Shown piece by piece: positions 50,386 to 61,052 of a stretch of DNA of 64,000 nt (position 1 is the first letter of the stretch; each line of letters begins with the position of its first letter). Made by a program: the position numbers and the translations under genes. This DNA is from Verrucomicrobiota bacterium (GTDB lineage: Bacteria > Verrucomicrobiota > Verrucomicrobiia > Limisphaerales > Palsa-1400): NCBI GenBank assembly GCA_049510745.1, contig JBEKYR010000007.1, positions 96,001 to 160,000 on the forward strand, written 5' to 3'. The notes beneath the pieces are model-generated. The model searched no databases and was not told where the DNA came from. It saw only the letters and a list, made by a program, of their open reading frames with translations.

Positions 50386-51972
50386 CTACTGATGAAACAG
50401 GGCAAAGAAACAATTCGTGGGCGCGTAACCAAAGGCCGCTTCGAGGGCGGACTGGCTGATGAGGGTCATGCGTTCGGTGCCGGCCACGCTCAACCAGCCT
50501 GTCGCGGCGGATGGCAGGCTCAACCACTGGAAGCTTCCAAGACTGTTCTTCAGATTGTCCGTCGCGTACAGATTGGTGTAGCCCGCGTCCGGCAGCGACC
50601 AGGTGACCGAGTATTTCCCATCCGCCGGGGTGATCAAGATACCGTTGACGTCGGCCGCATTGAGCGCCCAAGTATTGGAGTCAAGCACGGTGAATTTATC
50701 GTCGATGCCACCGGCCGAGCCGGCGATGGTGACGCGGCTGAGTGTGGAAGACTGCCCGATGTTCCCATTGGCGGTCGGCTCCGATCCGAAATAGGCGTAG
50801 AGCGGGTCCGCAAAAAGCGCCGCGTCCGCGGCGGGCATGCTGAAGTTTGTGCTCGTTCCGTTCGGCGAGGTAATGGTGACGTTGGTATTGTTGTTAAAGC
50901 TCAGGCTCCACTTTCCCACGGGGCCGGAACTATTGGTTACCGTCACCACTGAAACCAAGGTTCCGTCGGAGGGATCGTTGACCTTGTATCCGAATTGGCC
51001 GATGGCCGAGTTGTTTGTCGTCACGCTGACATAGAATTCCACCACGTCCCCCGAATCCCAATCAATGCTATCGTCAATCACGGGGCCGATCATTCCCGCC
51101 TGGGGCACAAGGTAGAATTGGGTTTGAAATCCAGCGTAATTGGCGCCGGGACAAGCCGCGATGGTCATGGAATAGGTCGTGGTGTTGGAGACGGCCGTGG
51201 CGGTGTTCCAGGAATAATTATTGCTGACGCTCGCGATCATCTGGCGCTGCCAGGTGCCGCCCGGCTGGCTGGCGATGCACGTCAAACCCGCCGGAGGCGC
51301 CGGTGAAATGGAGAGGCTTGGCCGATTGGTGTGAACGGTGGCCGGCGCCGTGAACACAATATTATCAATCCAATAATTGACAGTATTGGTGTAGGTTCCG
51401 CTGCCGTTGGAGATAAAGCCGATGACCGCTTCGCTATAAGTGCCGGCCGGGATGCCCGAGAAGTAGCCGGTAAAGTGCTGCCAGCCGTTGGTGGCGGCCA
51501 GCGGAGCCCAGCCCACCACGTTTTGCCACGGATTGTTGACAATCAACTCGATGGCGCCGTAGCTTCCATCCAGCGCGGGGAACGAATGGGCGACATCGAC
51601 CTTTATATCCACGTCGAAAGCTATGTAATCCGAGGAGTTGAAAGTCCCGCCGGTGGAAAAGGCTAATTGAACGTCATTCCAACTCTGGTTCCAATTGGGG
51701 TCGGTCATGAGCGGCCAGTTCACCGTCAGGTACATGGAGCCGCTGTTAGTGTTGCCTTCTGAATCCTGATTAGGATCCCAGACTTCAGCGTAGCTATAGG
51801 CGTAGCTTCTGAAGTTTTGCCAGTCGATGCCGCTGATGCCGGTGTCGAAACTGTTGACGATCAAGTCGTCGGCCACGGCGACGCGAACCGGACCGAGCAG
51901 CGCCAGGCCGGCGGCGGCGAAGAGAAGCCATTGTTGAGGAGTAGATTTGGGTCTCATATTTTGTGCTTTCAT
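50386..51972 (-). CDS. Secreted N/T/S-rich beta protein (possible carbohydrate-binding module) with C-terminal sorting-like tail
   Basis: Signal peptide; WIDNIVF CBM-like strand; ends in CFFALFHQ. Confidence 0.65.
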   Translation of the reverse strand: MKAQNMRPKSTPQQWLLFAAAGLALLGPVRVAVADDLIVNSFDTGISGIDWQNFRSYAYSYAEVWDPNQDSEGNTNSGSMYLTVNWPLMTDPNWNQSWNDVQLAFSTGGTFNSSDYIAFDVDIKVDVAHSFPALDGSYGAIELIVNNPWQNVVGWAPLAATNGWQHFTGYFSGIPAGTYSEAVIGFISNGSGTYTNTVNYWIDNIVFTAPATVHTNRPSLSISPAPPAGLTCIASQPGGTWQRQMIASVSNNYSWNTATAVSNTTTYSMTIAACPGANYAGFQTQFYLVPQAGMIGPVIDDSIDWDSGDVVEFYVSVTTNNSAIGQFGYKVNDPSDGTLVSVVTVTNSSGPVGKWSLSFNNNTNVTITSPNGTSTNFSMPAADAALFADPLYAYFGSEPTANGNIGQSSTLSRVTIAGSAGGIDDKFTVLDSNTWALNAADVNGILITPADGKYSVTWSLPDAGYTNLYATDNLKNSLGSFQWLSLPSAATGWLSVAGTERMTLISQSALEAAFGYAPTNCFFALFHQ

Positions 51973-52008
51973 ACTGTGTTCATTGGGGTTTGATTCTTTG
52001 ACGGGAGT

Positions 52009-53598
52009 TTACTGCGAACCGACCACTCGGTAAAATCGCGCCGCCGCGGAAGCTCCGTCGGTGACACTCCATTGCGATGTGCTGGTATTCGTTTCCAGGA
52101 AGGGAATCCATTCCATAAAATCGGAGGATTCCTCTACGGTCCAAATGCCAGGGGTCGCGTTGTTGACGTTGAGGTCGAAACCTGTCGGGGAAATAGCTCC
52201 GTTCAGCGAGGGCCGGGCGGGAGCGGAGACAACCGAAAACCCTCCCAAAGTCAGCCAGCCGGGCAGGATGGCGTCTTGGGCGGCATTGGCGAAGCGCAAT
52301 GGCACTCCGTTGGTCAGTGGATTTTGCACGGCCAACAACAATTTGTATTGGCCAGTGGCCAGGCCGTGATTGGTCTGGCTCCAAATCCAGAGCGTGCTGG
52401 TCTGTGTCGGGAGAAGAGACGAGAGCTTCCAAGTTGTCGTCCAAGTCTTGACAAGAGCGTTGCTGGAGGCCAGCGCGCCCAATTGCACGGGCCAGTCGTA
52501 GTAGAATGGCGCCACTCCCGTGTTCCAGACTTGCACACTGACGTTGAGCGGTCCCGATACGGACGCGTCCACCACCGTGGCGTTGGAGACATAGAGGCTA
52601 TAGCCCAAAAGGCAGCTTCCAGCCAGGGCCAGGGCCTGTTGCGCCCCGGAGAAACCAGGGTCGAAGACAGACTGGTTCAACATCCACGAAGCATGGGTGA
52701 GGGCGACACAATTGGTAAAATCCTGTCCGGTTGGCACGCAGTTCGTCTGCGTCAGGTCCCACATGCAGGGTTGGTTGGGGGGATAAACCTCGCCCCCAAT
52801 GGGCTGGGTGAGCCACTTGTTCGTTTCACCCGCCGCCTTCAACAATCCCAGGAACATCCAGCCTGGCGGATCAATGGTTTGATAGGCGAACGAATCATCA
52901 TGGTAGCCGATCAACCTCGCCAACGGGTTGGTGCCCGAGGGCCAGCGCACCAGAAGCTTGGTCTTGGAAAAGGCCGCACCGTACGCGTTCAGGACTTCGT
53001 CCTGGACCGCCGTCGAGGCAAACCAGTTGGTGTGCGGATAAGTATGCCATTCGCCCCAAAAGCCGAGCAAACCAACCGTGATGAAGCCGATGCGAGGATC
53101 GCCGTCGTAACGCGCCCCTAACGCTCCGATAAAATTGGTCAACGCCTGTTGCAAAAGGGCGTTGCTATAGTCCGGGCAGACGCTCACGCCGTTATTGCCG
53201 TAGTCTGTGTAACTATATGTTGCCAGTCCGGCGTCCAGAAGGTACTGCGGTATGCCAGTCGGGAGGGTGGGATAATCCAGATAGACGCGAAAGACCGTTT
53301 GGTGTCCGCGGCCAGCGTCGCTGCCGAGCAGGGCATCCAGGCTGGCCCAGTTGAAGTTCGTTGACCCGGTCATCAACGAGCGCAGCGGCAGGTAGCTCCA
53401 CTCCATGCTGTAAGGGAAGGTGCTGTAGCTGCCGGTATAAGGCATGAACCCTTTGAGCGGGTTGTTCGTCGGCGTGGCCGAGGGCGCCAGCATGTAGGAA
53501 TTAGTAGTCCCCGCCGCGCCGATGGCCGCGGCCAGCGACAGGACCCCGATAAGCATCCGGGCCACGCGACGGACAATTTGTGGAGCCACGGTTTGCAT
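52009..53598 (-). CDS. Secreted DUF4832-type putative glycoside hydrolase
   Basis: NPLKGF, RYDGDPRI, GLLGFWGEWH, IGYHDDSF, PIGGE, NTGVAPFYYDW, LRFAN. Confidence 0.75.
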   Translation of the reverse strand: MQTVAPQIVRRVARMLIGVLSLAAAIGAAGTTNSYMLAPSATPTNNPLKGFMPYTGSYSTFPYSMEWSYLPLRSLMTGSTNFNWASLDALLGSDAGRGHQTVFRVYLDYPTLPTGIPQYLLDAGLATYSYTDYGNNGVSVCPDYSNALLQQALTNFIGALGARYDGDPRIGFITVGLLGFWGEWHTYPHTNWFASTAVQDEVLNAYGAAFSKTKLLVRWPSGTNPLARLIGYHDDSFAYQTIDPPGWMFLGLLKAAGETNKWLTQPIGGEVYPPNQPCMWDLTQTNCVPTGQDFTNCVALTHASWMLNQSVFDPGFSGAQQALALAGSCLLGYSLYVSNATVVDASVSGPLNVSVQVWNTGVAPFYYDWPVQLGALASSNALVKTWTTTWKLSSLLPTQTSTLWIWSQTNHGLATGQYKLLLAVQNPLTNGVPLRFANAAQDAILPGWLTLGGFSVVSAPARPSLNGAISPTGFDLNVNNATPGIWTVEESSDFMEWIPFLETNTSTSQWSVTDGASAAARFYRVVGSQ

Positions 53599-53621
53599 TT
53601 AGGATAAGGAGAAAGGGGTTG

Positions 53622-54434
53622 TTACTGCGGCGGCGGAATCGTGGCGGGAGTCACCCAGTTCTTGTGCCAATTGATGCTCCACAGATTTTGCAATTTTTGT
53701 GGATTGGCATGGCCGTCCATGTACGCGATGTCAATTCCCCCGGTGAGTTGGGGGCTTGATGTGATGTTCCTGGGCGCCGCGCCGGGCGCAAGCCCGAGAT
53801 GCCGCGCCACAGTGTATCGTCCCATAAATGTGTTATCGCTTCCGTTGTATAAGTCTTTGGCGGGGCCGTCGGTTTCCTCCGGCCAGCCATCAACCCAGAC
53901 CGCGTCCGCAAAGAGCGGCGTGGTTGAGGGCAGGTTGACGCTGGCCTCCGAATCGTACTTCCAATCGTCGGACGCGCCTACAATCACATCGGCAACGGAA
54001 TAATTGCCGGTATAGAGCCAGCCGTTGTAACCATAGCTGCCGGTGAAATTGGTCTTGAACGGATACCATTGCCACATTTGATCGGCGGCGCCAAAAGTGT
54101 ATTGCGGGCTAAGGATGGTGCGAGTCGTGGGAGTGCTGGCCAGGGGACAGACCCGGGCGGAGTTGACTTTGGCGTAATACGTCAGCAACGTATTCATCCA
54201 CAGATTCTCGTCTTCGCTGTACTGGAATGACTTGCCTCGGAAATCGCCCAGATACATGGCATGGGCCAAGCCCATTTGCCTCAGGTTGCTGACACACCGG
54301 GTATTTTGGGCCTTCAGTTTCGCGCTCGACAGAGCCGGCAAAAGCAGCGAGGCCAGGATGGCGATGATGGCGATCACCACCAACAGTTCGATGAGCGTAA
54401 ACGCCCGCCACCGCAAATCTCTTTTCATTTTCAT
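53622..54434 (-). CDS. Prepilin-type N-terminal cleavage/methylation protein with C-terminal H-Xn-DG motif
   Basis: [38 protein letters not shown]-terminal RH-(27 aa)-DGH. Confidence 0.9.
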   Translation of the reverse strand: MKMKRDLRWRAFTLIELLVVIAIIAILASLLLPALSSAKLKAQNTRCVSNLRQMGLAHAMYLGDFRGKSFQYSEDENLWMNTLLTYYAKVNSARVCPLASTPTTRTILSPQYTFGAADQMWQWYPFKTNFTGSYGYNGWLYTGNYSVADVIVGASDDWKYDSEASVNLPSTTPLFADAVWVDGWPEETDGPAKDLYNGSDNTFMGRYTVARHLGLAPGAAPRNITSSPQLTGGIDIAYMDGHANPQKLQNLWSINWHKNWVTPATIPPPQ

Positions 54435-54611
54435 ACTCGCAAGCTGAACTGGGCGCCGCTGATTCCGAAACCGCACGCCCCGTCGCGACACCGATTTGAT
54501 TTTTGTGAGAGAGAGATTGCCACAAAGGATGCGGTCTTGGCTACCTGCACAATGATGTAGCTGGAATGGACTTGCTGCCAGGGCGGGAAGAAGGCAGGAT
54601 AGAGAATCACA

Positions 54612-57600
54612 ATGAAAACTGCCGTGACACCGCCGGGATCGCAGGCGTTGGTTCCATGGCGCGCCTCGGTTCTGGCGGTCTGGATTTGTTGTTGCATGGG
54701 CGTGCGCCTTGAGGCGCAGAACGCCCTCTCGCCGACACCGTCCCAATTCATGATCAAGGCCTGGTCCATGCCCGACGGATTGCCGCACCTCTCGGTCACG
54801 GCGCTGGCGCAAACCGCCGACGGTTACATCTGGGTCGGCACTCTGGCCGGGTTGGCCCGCTTTGATGGGGTGCGCTTCAAAGTGTTTACGCCCCAGAATT
54901 GTCCGGAGCTGCCCCGCAGCCGGATTGGCGGACTGTTCCAAGGACCCGATGACACGCTGTTCATCGCCACCGAGCGCGGGGGCGGTTTAGTCGCGCTTCG
55001 GGCCGGCCGATTCGAGCAGTTGCTTGGTTCCGGGAACGAACAGGATGAGATCGTGACTTCGTTGACAGAGGCGGCGGGTGACACCTTGTTTGTGGCGCGA
55101 TCCGGCGCCATCTGGCGTTGGTCCCGCGGAAACTTGACCGCCCTTTGCACCAACCGCGCCTTCTATCCGGTTTCTCCGGACCATGTGTGCCAAGATACGC
55201 GGGGCCGGATCTGGATGGTTAGCCGGGCCGACGAGGCGGGACGATTGCTCTGTTTTGATTCGGGCCGGCTGGAGCCTGTGGCGCTGCCGGAGGCCCTGAG
55301 CGGCGGGCAGATTCACGCCCTGGCCCGGGATGCGGCTGGTCAAATCTGGCTGGGCGCCTCGCGCGGGCTGGCCGTCTTGCGAGGAGATCGATTTGAACCG
55401 GTCCAACTGCCGGAATTTGGAACCAACGTCAGTATCAAGGACCTGGCAGCCTGCCGCGACGGCGCATTGTGGGTGTGCGGCGCCAATCACTGGCAGCGGA
55501 AATTCAAGGCCGGACGCTGGATGAACGCGACCAGCCAGGTGGGCGGCGTGCAAACCTCGCTCGCACCACTGGGCGAAGACCGTTGGGGAAATCTCTGCCT
55601 GGGCCGTTTTCCCGAAGGCTACATCACCGTTTCGCAGGACGGAACGGTGACGAGGATCGACTCGGCTGAGGGACTGCCCGGCACGACGGTTTCCTGCCAG
55701 TTGACAGACCGTGAGGGCAACCAGTGGTTGGGACTCGTTGACGGAGGGCTGGCGCAGCTTCGGCCGCGCCGCTTCAGCATGTTGGGCGGGCTGGCCTTGA
55801 CCACGCCGGTCTATTCCATCTGCGAAGATCACCAGGGATGCATTTGGGTGGGCAGCAGTTTCGGCGGCGTTTACCGATTCCGGGGAACCAACATGACCCG
55901 TTATGGCGCCAGCGACCTGCCGCTGACGGACATCTGGTCGTTGTTCGAGGACAGTCAATCCAATTTATGGGTCGGCACATCCTCGCACGGCGTGTATCAG
56001 TTTCACGACGGCCGTTTCAAGCCCATGTTTGACAGAACGCAGATTTCCGACCGGGTGGATGCGATCCACGAAGACCGGCAGGGGCGGCTCTGGTTCGGGC
56101 ATTGGAGCGGCCTGGCGTGCTATGCCAATGGACAGCTGACGCGGATTGCCATGCCGTGGGCCTCGGACGATTGCGAGGTGGTAGCGATCGCTTCGGACAA
56201 GAAGGAGCGGCTCTGGCTGGGCACCAAGGGCGCGGGCCTGTTCTGCCTGAGCCAGGGGAAGTTTACCTCTTACACAACCGCCAACGGCCTGCCCAGCAAC
56301 CTGGCCTGGTCCCTTTTTGTGGATCGCGACGACACGTTGTGGATCGGCACGGCGGACGGCGGATTGACGCGCTTGCGGGAGGGCCAGTTGGCCAATTTCA
56401 CGGCGCGGGACGGCCTGCCTGACACCACGGTTTGTCACATTACCGAGGATGCCAGCCAGCGCCTCTGGTTGGATTCGCCCCACGGAGTTTTTTCGGTGGC
56501 AAAATCGGCCCTGGAAGCTTTCGTGCGAGGCCAGACGGAGGGCTTTTCCTGCGTCACCTATGATCAGACCGACGGGATGTTGAGCAGTTCCTGCACCTGC
56601 GCTTTTCAACCTTCAGGCTGCCAGACGCGCGATGGCCGGCTGCTCTTTCCTACGCTCAAAGGCGTTGTCGTGGTGCGCCCGGACAGGGCCGATGCCAACA
56701 CCCTGCCGCCGCCGGTCCTCATTGAAGAAGTGGCCGTGGAGGACCACGATTACGACATGACACGCCGGGCCAACTTGACCGTGCCCGCGGGCAAAACCCG
56801 CCTCGCCATACGCTACACTGCGTTGAGCTATGCGGCGCCGGAGAAAGTGCGCTTCAAGTATCGGATGCTGGGCCTGGATTCGAACTGGACGGACGCCGGC
56901 GCCAAACGGGCTGTGGACTATCCCTACCTGCCGCACGGGCGCTACAAATTCCAGGTGCTGGCCTGCAACAACGACGGCGTCTGGAGCGCGCAAGGAGCCA
57001 GTTTTGATCTGATCATTCCACCCCGCTTCTGGCAAACGTGGTGGTTTCTCGGTTTGGCCTTGCTCGGCAGCGGCGCCAGCATCGCGCTGACCGCGCGGGG
57101 CATGGAAAAAGCCAAGGCACAACGGAGATTGGAACGCGAGCAACAGGCGCGCATGGTTGAACTGGAACGGGCGCGCATTGCCCGGGATTTCCACGACGAC
57201 GTCGGGTCCCGCCTGACCCATGTCATTGTGTTGAGCCAACTGCTCAAGGAGGACAAAGCCAGGCCCAGCGAAGTCGAGGCCCACGCCGCCATGATTGGCC
57301 ATACGGCGCGCCATGCAGTTCACGAACTGGGCACCATCATTTGGGCGGCCAACCCGCGCAACGATACGCTCGACGGCCTGGTGCAATATATCAGCCAGTA
57401 TTCATACGACTTTTTCCTGGCCACACCGGTGGCGTGTCACTTGGATTTGCCGACGGAGGTCCCGGCCCTGCCTCTGACGGCCGAGGTCCGGCACAACCTA
57501 TTCATGGTCGTGAAGGAGGCGTTGCACAACATTCTCAAGCACTCCGGCGCCGCCGAAGCCCGCCTGAGCTTGAAGCTGCAGGATGGAGTCCTCGAAATTC

Positions 57601-57776
57601 GCGTCGAAGATAACGGGTGCGGCTTTCAAGCCGGGCGCGCCACAGCCAGTCAGCGCAATGGTCTGGCCAACATGCGTCACCGGCTCGAAGTCATCGGCGC
57701 GTCGCTGCGCATCGAAAGCCAACCAGGCGCCGGAACTTCCATTCAAGCCCGGCTCCCATACCCGCCGGCAAAATGA
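54612..57776 (+). CDS. Sensor histidine kinase with periplasmic regulator propeller + YYY domain (HisKA_3)
   Basis: [19 protein letters not shown] repeats, YYY domain, [31 protein letters not shown]. Confidence 0.92.
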   Translation: MKTAVTPPGSQALVPWRASVLAVWICCCMGVRLEAQNALSPTPSQFMIKAWSMPDGLPHLSVTALAQTADGYIWVGTLAGLARFDGVRFKVFTPQNCPELPRSRIGGLFQGPDDTLFIATERGGGLVALRAGRFEQLLGSGNEQDEIVTSLTEAAGDTLFVARSGAIWRWSRGNLTALCTNRAFYPVSPDHVCQDTRGRIWMVSRADEAGRLLCFDSGRLEPVALPEALSGGQIHALARDAAGQIWLGASRGLAVLRGDRFEPVQLPEFGTNVSIKDLAACRDGALWVCGANHWQRKFKAGRWMNATSQVGGVQTSLAPLGEDRWGNLCLGRFPEGYITVSQDGTVTRIDSAEGLPGTTVSCQLTDREGNQWLGLVDGGLAQLRPRRFSMLGGLALTTPVYSICEDHQGCIWVGSSFGGVYRFRGTNMTRYGASDLPLTDIWSLFEDSQSNLWVGTSSHGVYQFHDGRFKPMFDRTQISDRVDAIHEDRQGRLWFGHWSGLACYANGQLTRIAMPWASDDCEVVAIASDKKERLWLGTKGAGLFCLSQGKFTSYTTANGLPSNLAWSLFVDRDDTLWIGTADGGLTRLREGQLANFTARDGLPDTTVCHITEDASQRLWLDSPHGVFSVAKSALEAFVRGQTEGFSCVTYDQTDGMLSSSCTCAFQPSGCQTRDGRLLFPTLKGVVVVRPDRADANTLPPPVLIEEVAVEDHDYDMTRRANLTVPAGKTRLAIRYTALSYAAPEKVRFKYRMLGLDSNWTDAGAKRAVDYPYLPHGRYKFQVLACNNDGVWSAQGASFDLIIPPRFWQTWWFLGLALLGSGASIALTARGMEKAKAQRRLEREQQARMVELERARIARDFHDDVGSRLTHVIVLSQLLKEDKARPSEVEAHAAMIGHTARHAVHELGTIIWAANPRNDTLDGLVQYISQYSYDFFLATPVACHLDLPTEVPALPLTAEVRHNLFMVVKEALHNILKHSGAAEARLSLKLQDGVLEIRVEDNGCGFQAGRATASQRNGLANMRHRLEVIGASLRIESQPGAGTSIQARLPYPPAK

Positions 57777-57813
57777 ACCCTGACAACCAACAGCCGGCCA
57801 GATTGACAAAGTT

Positions 57814-58440
57814 ATGAGCATTCGAGTCGCCTTGGTGGAGGACAATGATGATCTCCGGCAGAGCATGAAAAGCCTGCTCAACAGATCCTCGCGCCTCCGC
57901 GTGGTCGCCGACTACCCCGACGCCGAGTCCGCCCTGGCCGACCTCGTCCGGCATAAGCCGGAGGTCGTGCTGATGGATGTCAAACTGCCAAGGATGGACG
58001 GCGTGGAGTGTGTCCGGCTCCTCAAAGGTCTTCTGCCGACAGTGCTTATCCTCATGTTGACAATCCATGACGACAACGATTCGCTGTTCAACTCAATCCT
58101 GGCTGGGGCCGACGGCTTTTTGCTCAAGGACACCGTTCCCTCACGGCTGGTCGAAGCGATCGAGGAGGTGCGCCACGGCGGCTCGCCCATGACCCCGCAG
58201 ATCGCCCGCCGCATTGTCCAGCGCTTCCGCAAGAGCGATGCCGTGCCAGCTGACGTGGAGAATCTGACCCCGCGCGAGCGCGAAGTGCTCGAACAACTGG
58301 CCCTTGGCAACCGCTACAAGGAAATCAGCGACCGGCTGGGCGTCAGTTTGGACGGCATCCGCTTCCACATTCGCGGCGTGTACAACAAATTGCACGTCCA
58401 CTCCAGAACGGAGGCGGTCGTCAAATACCTGAAGCGGTAG
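57814..58440 (+). CDS. NarL/LuxR-family response regulator
   Basis: VEDN, LMDVKLP, LTPREREVL..KLHVHSRTEAV. Confidence 0.93.
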   Translation: MSIRVALVEDNDDLRQSMKSLLNRSSRLRVVADYPDAESALADLVRHKPEVVLMDVKLPRMDGVECVRLLKGLLPTVLILMLTIHDDNDSLFNSILAGADGFLLKDTVPSRLVEAIEEVRHGGSPMTPQIARRIVQRFRKSDAVPADVENLTPREREVLEQLALGNRYKEISDRLGVSLDGIRFHIRGVYNKLHVHSRTEAVVKYLKR

Positions 58441-58747
58441 CCGGCGACGGAAATTGAAACAAACGTCGGTTTCCAGCCCTGTGATTGGCAAGAACTCCAT
58501 CCCTGGGTTGGGGTTGCGGGGTTTGATCAGCCAATAAAACAGGGGTTCGGATGGGAACAGCTTTGGGTCCAGGCCAGTCCTTTCGAGGTCTTGGCGTTTG
58601 AAATCTCTGATATTTTTCATGCCTGGCAGTTTATCAGGCTGGGTTGGGCATCCGTTGTCCAAGGCGAAGATTTATTTGCAGCCCCGATCACAGGCCAAAT
58701 GATGGTTTGGCCAGGGAGATGGGGTTGAATTTAATTGGAGAAAAAGT

Positions 58748-59086
58748 TTAATCATTTTGTGATTTTGTCCCGGTTTCACCGGATTCCTTTGGTTTATAAT
58801 CGAGCCGAGGTTTCCACTTCGGCAATCTCATCCACAAATAATCAATTGGCTCACAAACGCTGAAGACCTCAGCCATCTCGTCAATGCTGCCCCGTTTCAA
58901 AAGCATGTTCGCCACTTTCTCGACAGCTTCCCAAACGGTTGGCAGATTCAGCATTTCAAAAGTCCACATCTCTGCCAGCAACCAAATACGGAATGCAGAC
59001 ATGTGTGGGTAACTCTTTCGTTTTTGACAAGTGGCCGCCACCAACCAAACTGATATTTGAGTTTTCATGATTAGTCCGCGAGTCAC
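58748..59086 (-). pseudogene. Possible gene remnant in an AT-rich spacer
   Basis: WEAVEKVANMLLKRGSI resembles the C-terminal helices of peptidase M41-like proteins; no convincing N-terminus. Confidence 0.25.
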
Positions 59087-59253
59087 TATTCATGTCAACC
59101 CGGTTAAGTAGCAGGAATGATGAGGGATTGGAGGTCGGGAGGCGAGTCAAAAAAAGTTTCATTTTGGGCTGGACAAAAGAGGGTGAGTTTGTTGCGTCGG
59201 GGTCACTTTTGTTCTTGCAGCATTCCCGAAACCGGCGATGCTAAAGCTGGCAC

Positions 59254-60930
59254 ATGACGAAGATCGGGCTAGGTTGCAAATCCTCCCTCTGGCCGGCGCT
59301 GGCCGGGCTGCTTTGCGTGTCGCCCGGCCTGACCGCGATAAGCGCCGTCGAGACACTCAAAGAGATTGGCTTCCACGGCATCCGCGCCACCGACCCCGAG
59401 GGACTGGTTGGACTGCGAAATCCGGAACGCGGGTTTCGGATCGGGACTGTGTTTGCCGAACCGGACGGCTCGCCCTTTCCCGATGGCCGTACAGCAGATA
59501 CTCGCGGGCCGGCCCATTTGCAGGGGAAGCTCCCGGCGGCCTATTCCGACCAGGGGTGGCTGTTGGATGCAAAACGCTACGAACCGTATGGGCTGACGCT
59601 CGCCCAAACGTACTGTTACCTGGACCAATATCTGGACGGTCCGATCGCCGACGAAAAGCTCCAAGCTCTCCAGCGCAGCTTCGACCACCTGCGTCAGGCG
59701 GGCTTCAAGACGGTGTTGCGCTTCGCCTATGAAGGCGGCAGGAAAGGACTGGCCTCGGGACCGATTCTGGAAACCATCCTGAGACACCTAGACCAGTTGG
59801 CGCCGGTGATTCGCAGGAATGCCGACGTGATCGACGTCATGCAGGCGGGCTTTGTCGGGGCCTGGGGCGAATGGCACGACTCGGCCCATAAGCTGGAGGG
59901 GGACCACGCAAACCTGGCGGCCATAGTGGCCAAGGTGCTGGCCGTCCTGCCGGCCGAACGCATGATTCAGGTTCGCGTCCCCAAGTATAAACGCTGGGTC
60001 CTGAGCGAGCCGTCGATCAACGCCTACCGCGTCGTCGATGCCTCGACCGCCTTTACGGGGGTGCCGGCAGCTCGAATCGGTTTCGATAACGACGGGTTTC
60101 TGGCGGATAAGACGGACGGCGGGACGTGGCCCGAGCCGCCCTTGTTCTCCAATCCCGGCAATCCCGAATTCGATTACATGACAGCCGAAAGCCCCTACGT
60201 GGCCGTGGACGGGGAGTTGTTTTGGTCCGACCAGCGCACCACAGTGGACGGGTATCAGGCGGCCATCCGGATGCGGTTGCACCATTACAGCAGTTTCAGC
60301 CTTGCCCACAGCTACTCCGGCCAGGAAGGCAAGCTCGGCTCGATCGACAGGTGGATCGAAACTCCGCTGACAATTGACCAGGTGCGGAAAGCCAAACTGC
60401 CGGTTTCGGACGGCTATTTCGAGGACAGCGCTGACAAGCCGGTCAAGCGGACGCAGTTCGAATATATCCGCGACCACCTCGGTTACCGGCTTGAGTTGCA
60501 GCAGGCGCGGTTCCCCGCTTCGGTCGGCGGGGGCGAGGTGTTCGCCGTCGAGGTGAGCCTGATCAACCGCGGCTTCAGCACCCTCTGCAACCCGCGACGG
60601 GCCTATTTCGTGCTCATCAACCTGGCGGGCGAGGTCGCCGGCGTTTACGCGACGGACGCCGACCCGCGCGCCTGGCAACCGTTCAAACCCGGCGACGACC
60701 AATGCAAGCCCCTGACTCAGACGGTAACGGCCCGTCTGTCCCTGGCTCCTGAGTTGGCTCCCGGCCCCTATTTATTGGGCTTGTGGTTGCCGGATGCAGC
60801 GGAGTCGCTCAAGAAAGACGCTCGGTACGCCGTTCGCGTCGCCAACCGCGATGTCCCCTGGTGGACAGGTGCCGGCAACGAGTACGGCGTCAACCTTCTG
60901 GGAACCATACTGGTGAAAACTGGCCGCTGA
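59254..60930 (+). CDS. Secreted DUF4874/DUF4832-type putative glycoside hydrolase
   Basis: LRNPERGF, VLRFAY, QAGFVGAWGEWH, IGFDNDGFL, VDGE, HLGYRL. Confidence 0.8.
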   Translation: MTKIGLGCKSSLWPALAGLLCVSPGLTAISAVETLKEIGFHGIRATDPEGLVGLRNPERGFRIGTVFAEPDGSPFPDGRTADTRGPAHLQGKLPAAYSDQGWLLDAKRYEPYGLTLAQTYCYLDQYLDGPIADEKLQALQRSFDHLRQAGFKTVLRFAYEGGRKGLASGPILETILRHLDQLAPVIRRNADVIDVMQAGFVGAWGEWHDSAHKLEGDHANLAAIVAKVLAVLPAERMIQVRVPKYKRWVLSEPSINAYRVVDASTAFTGVPAARIGFDNDGFLADKTDGGTWPEPPLFSNPGNPEFDYMTAESPYVAVDGELFWSDQRTTVDGYQAAIRMRLHHYSSFSLAHSYSGQEGKLGSIDRWIETPLTIDQVRKAKLPVSDGYFEDSADKPVKRTQFEYIRDHLGYRLELQQARFPASVGGGEVFAVEVSLINRGFSTLCNPRRAYFVLINLAGEVAGVYATDADPRAWQPFKPGDDQCKPLTQTVTARLSLAPELAPGPYLLGLWLPDAAESLKKDARYAVRVANRDVPWWTGAGNEYGVNLLGTILVKTGR

Positions 60931-61052
60931 TGCTCAAGGTATCGAGACTTATGCGCAGCCGCTTGCTGCGTGTCATTGATTTGGCCCAGGTAATTCATTT
61001 GAACGACAAGCCAACCAGCGGGTTCCAGGTTAATCTGGATGACAAATTGATT

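Noticed and set aside
53622..54941. 439-aa version of the pilin-like ORF
   Set aside because: The extension overlaps the divergent kinase; the prepilin leader places the start at 54434 or 54428
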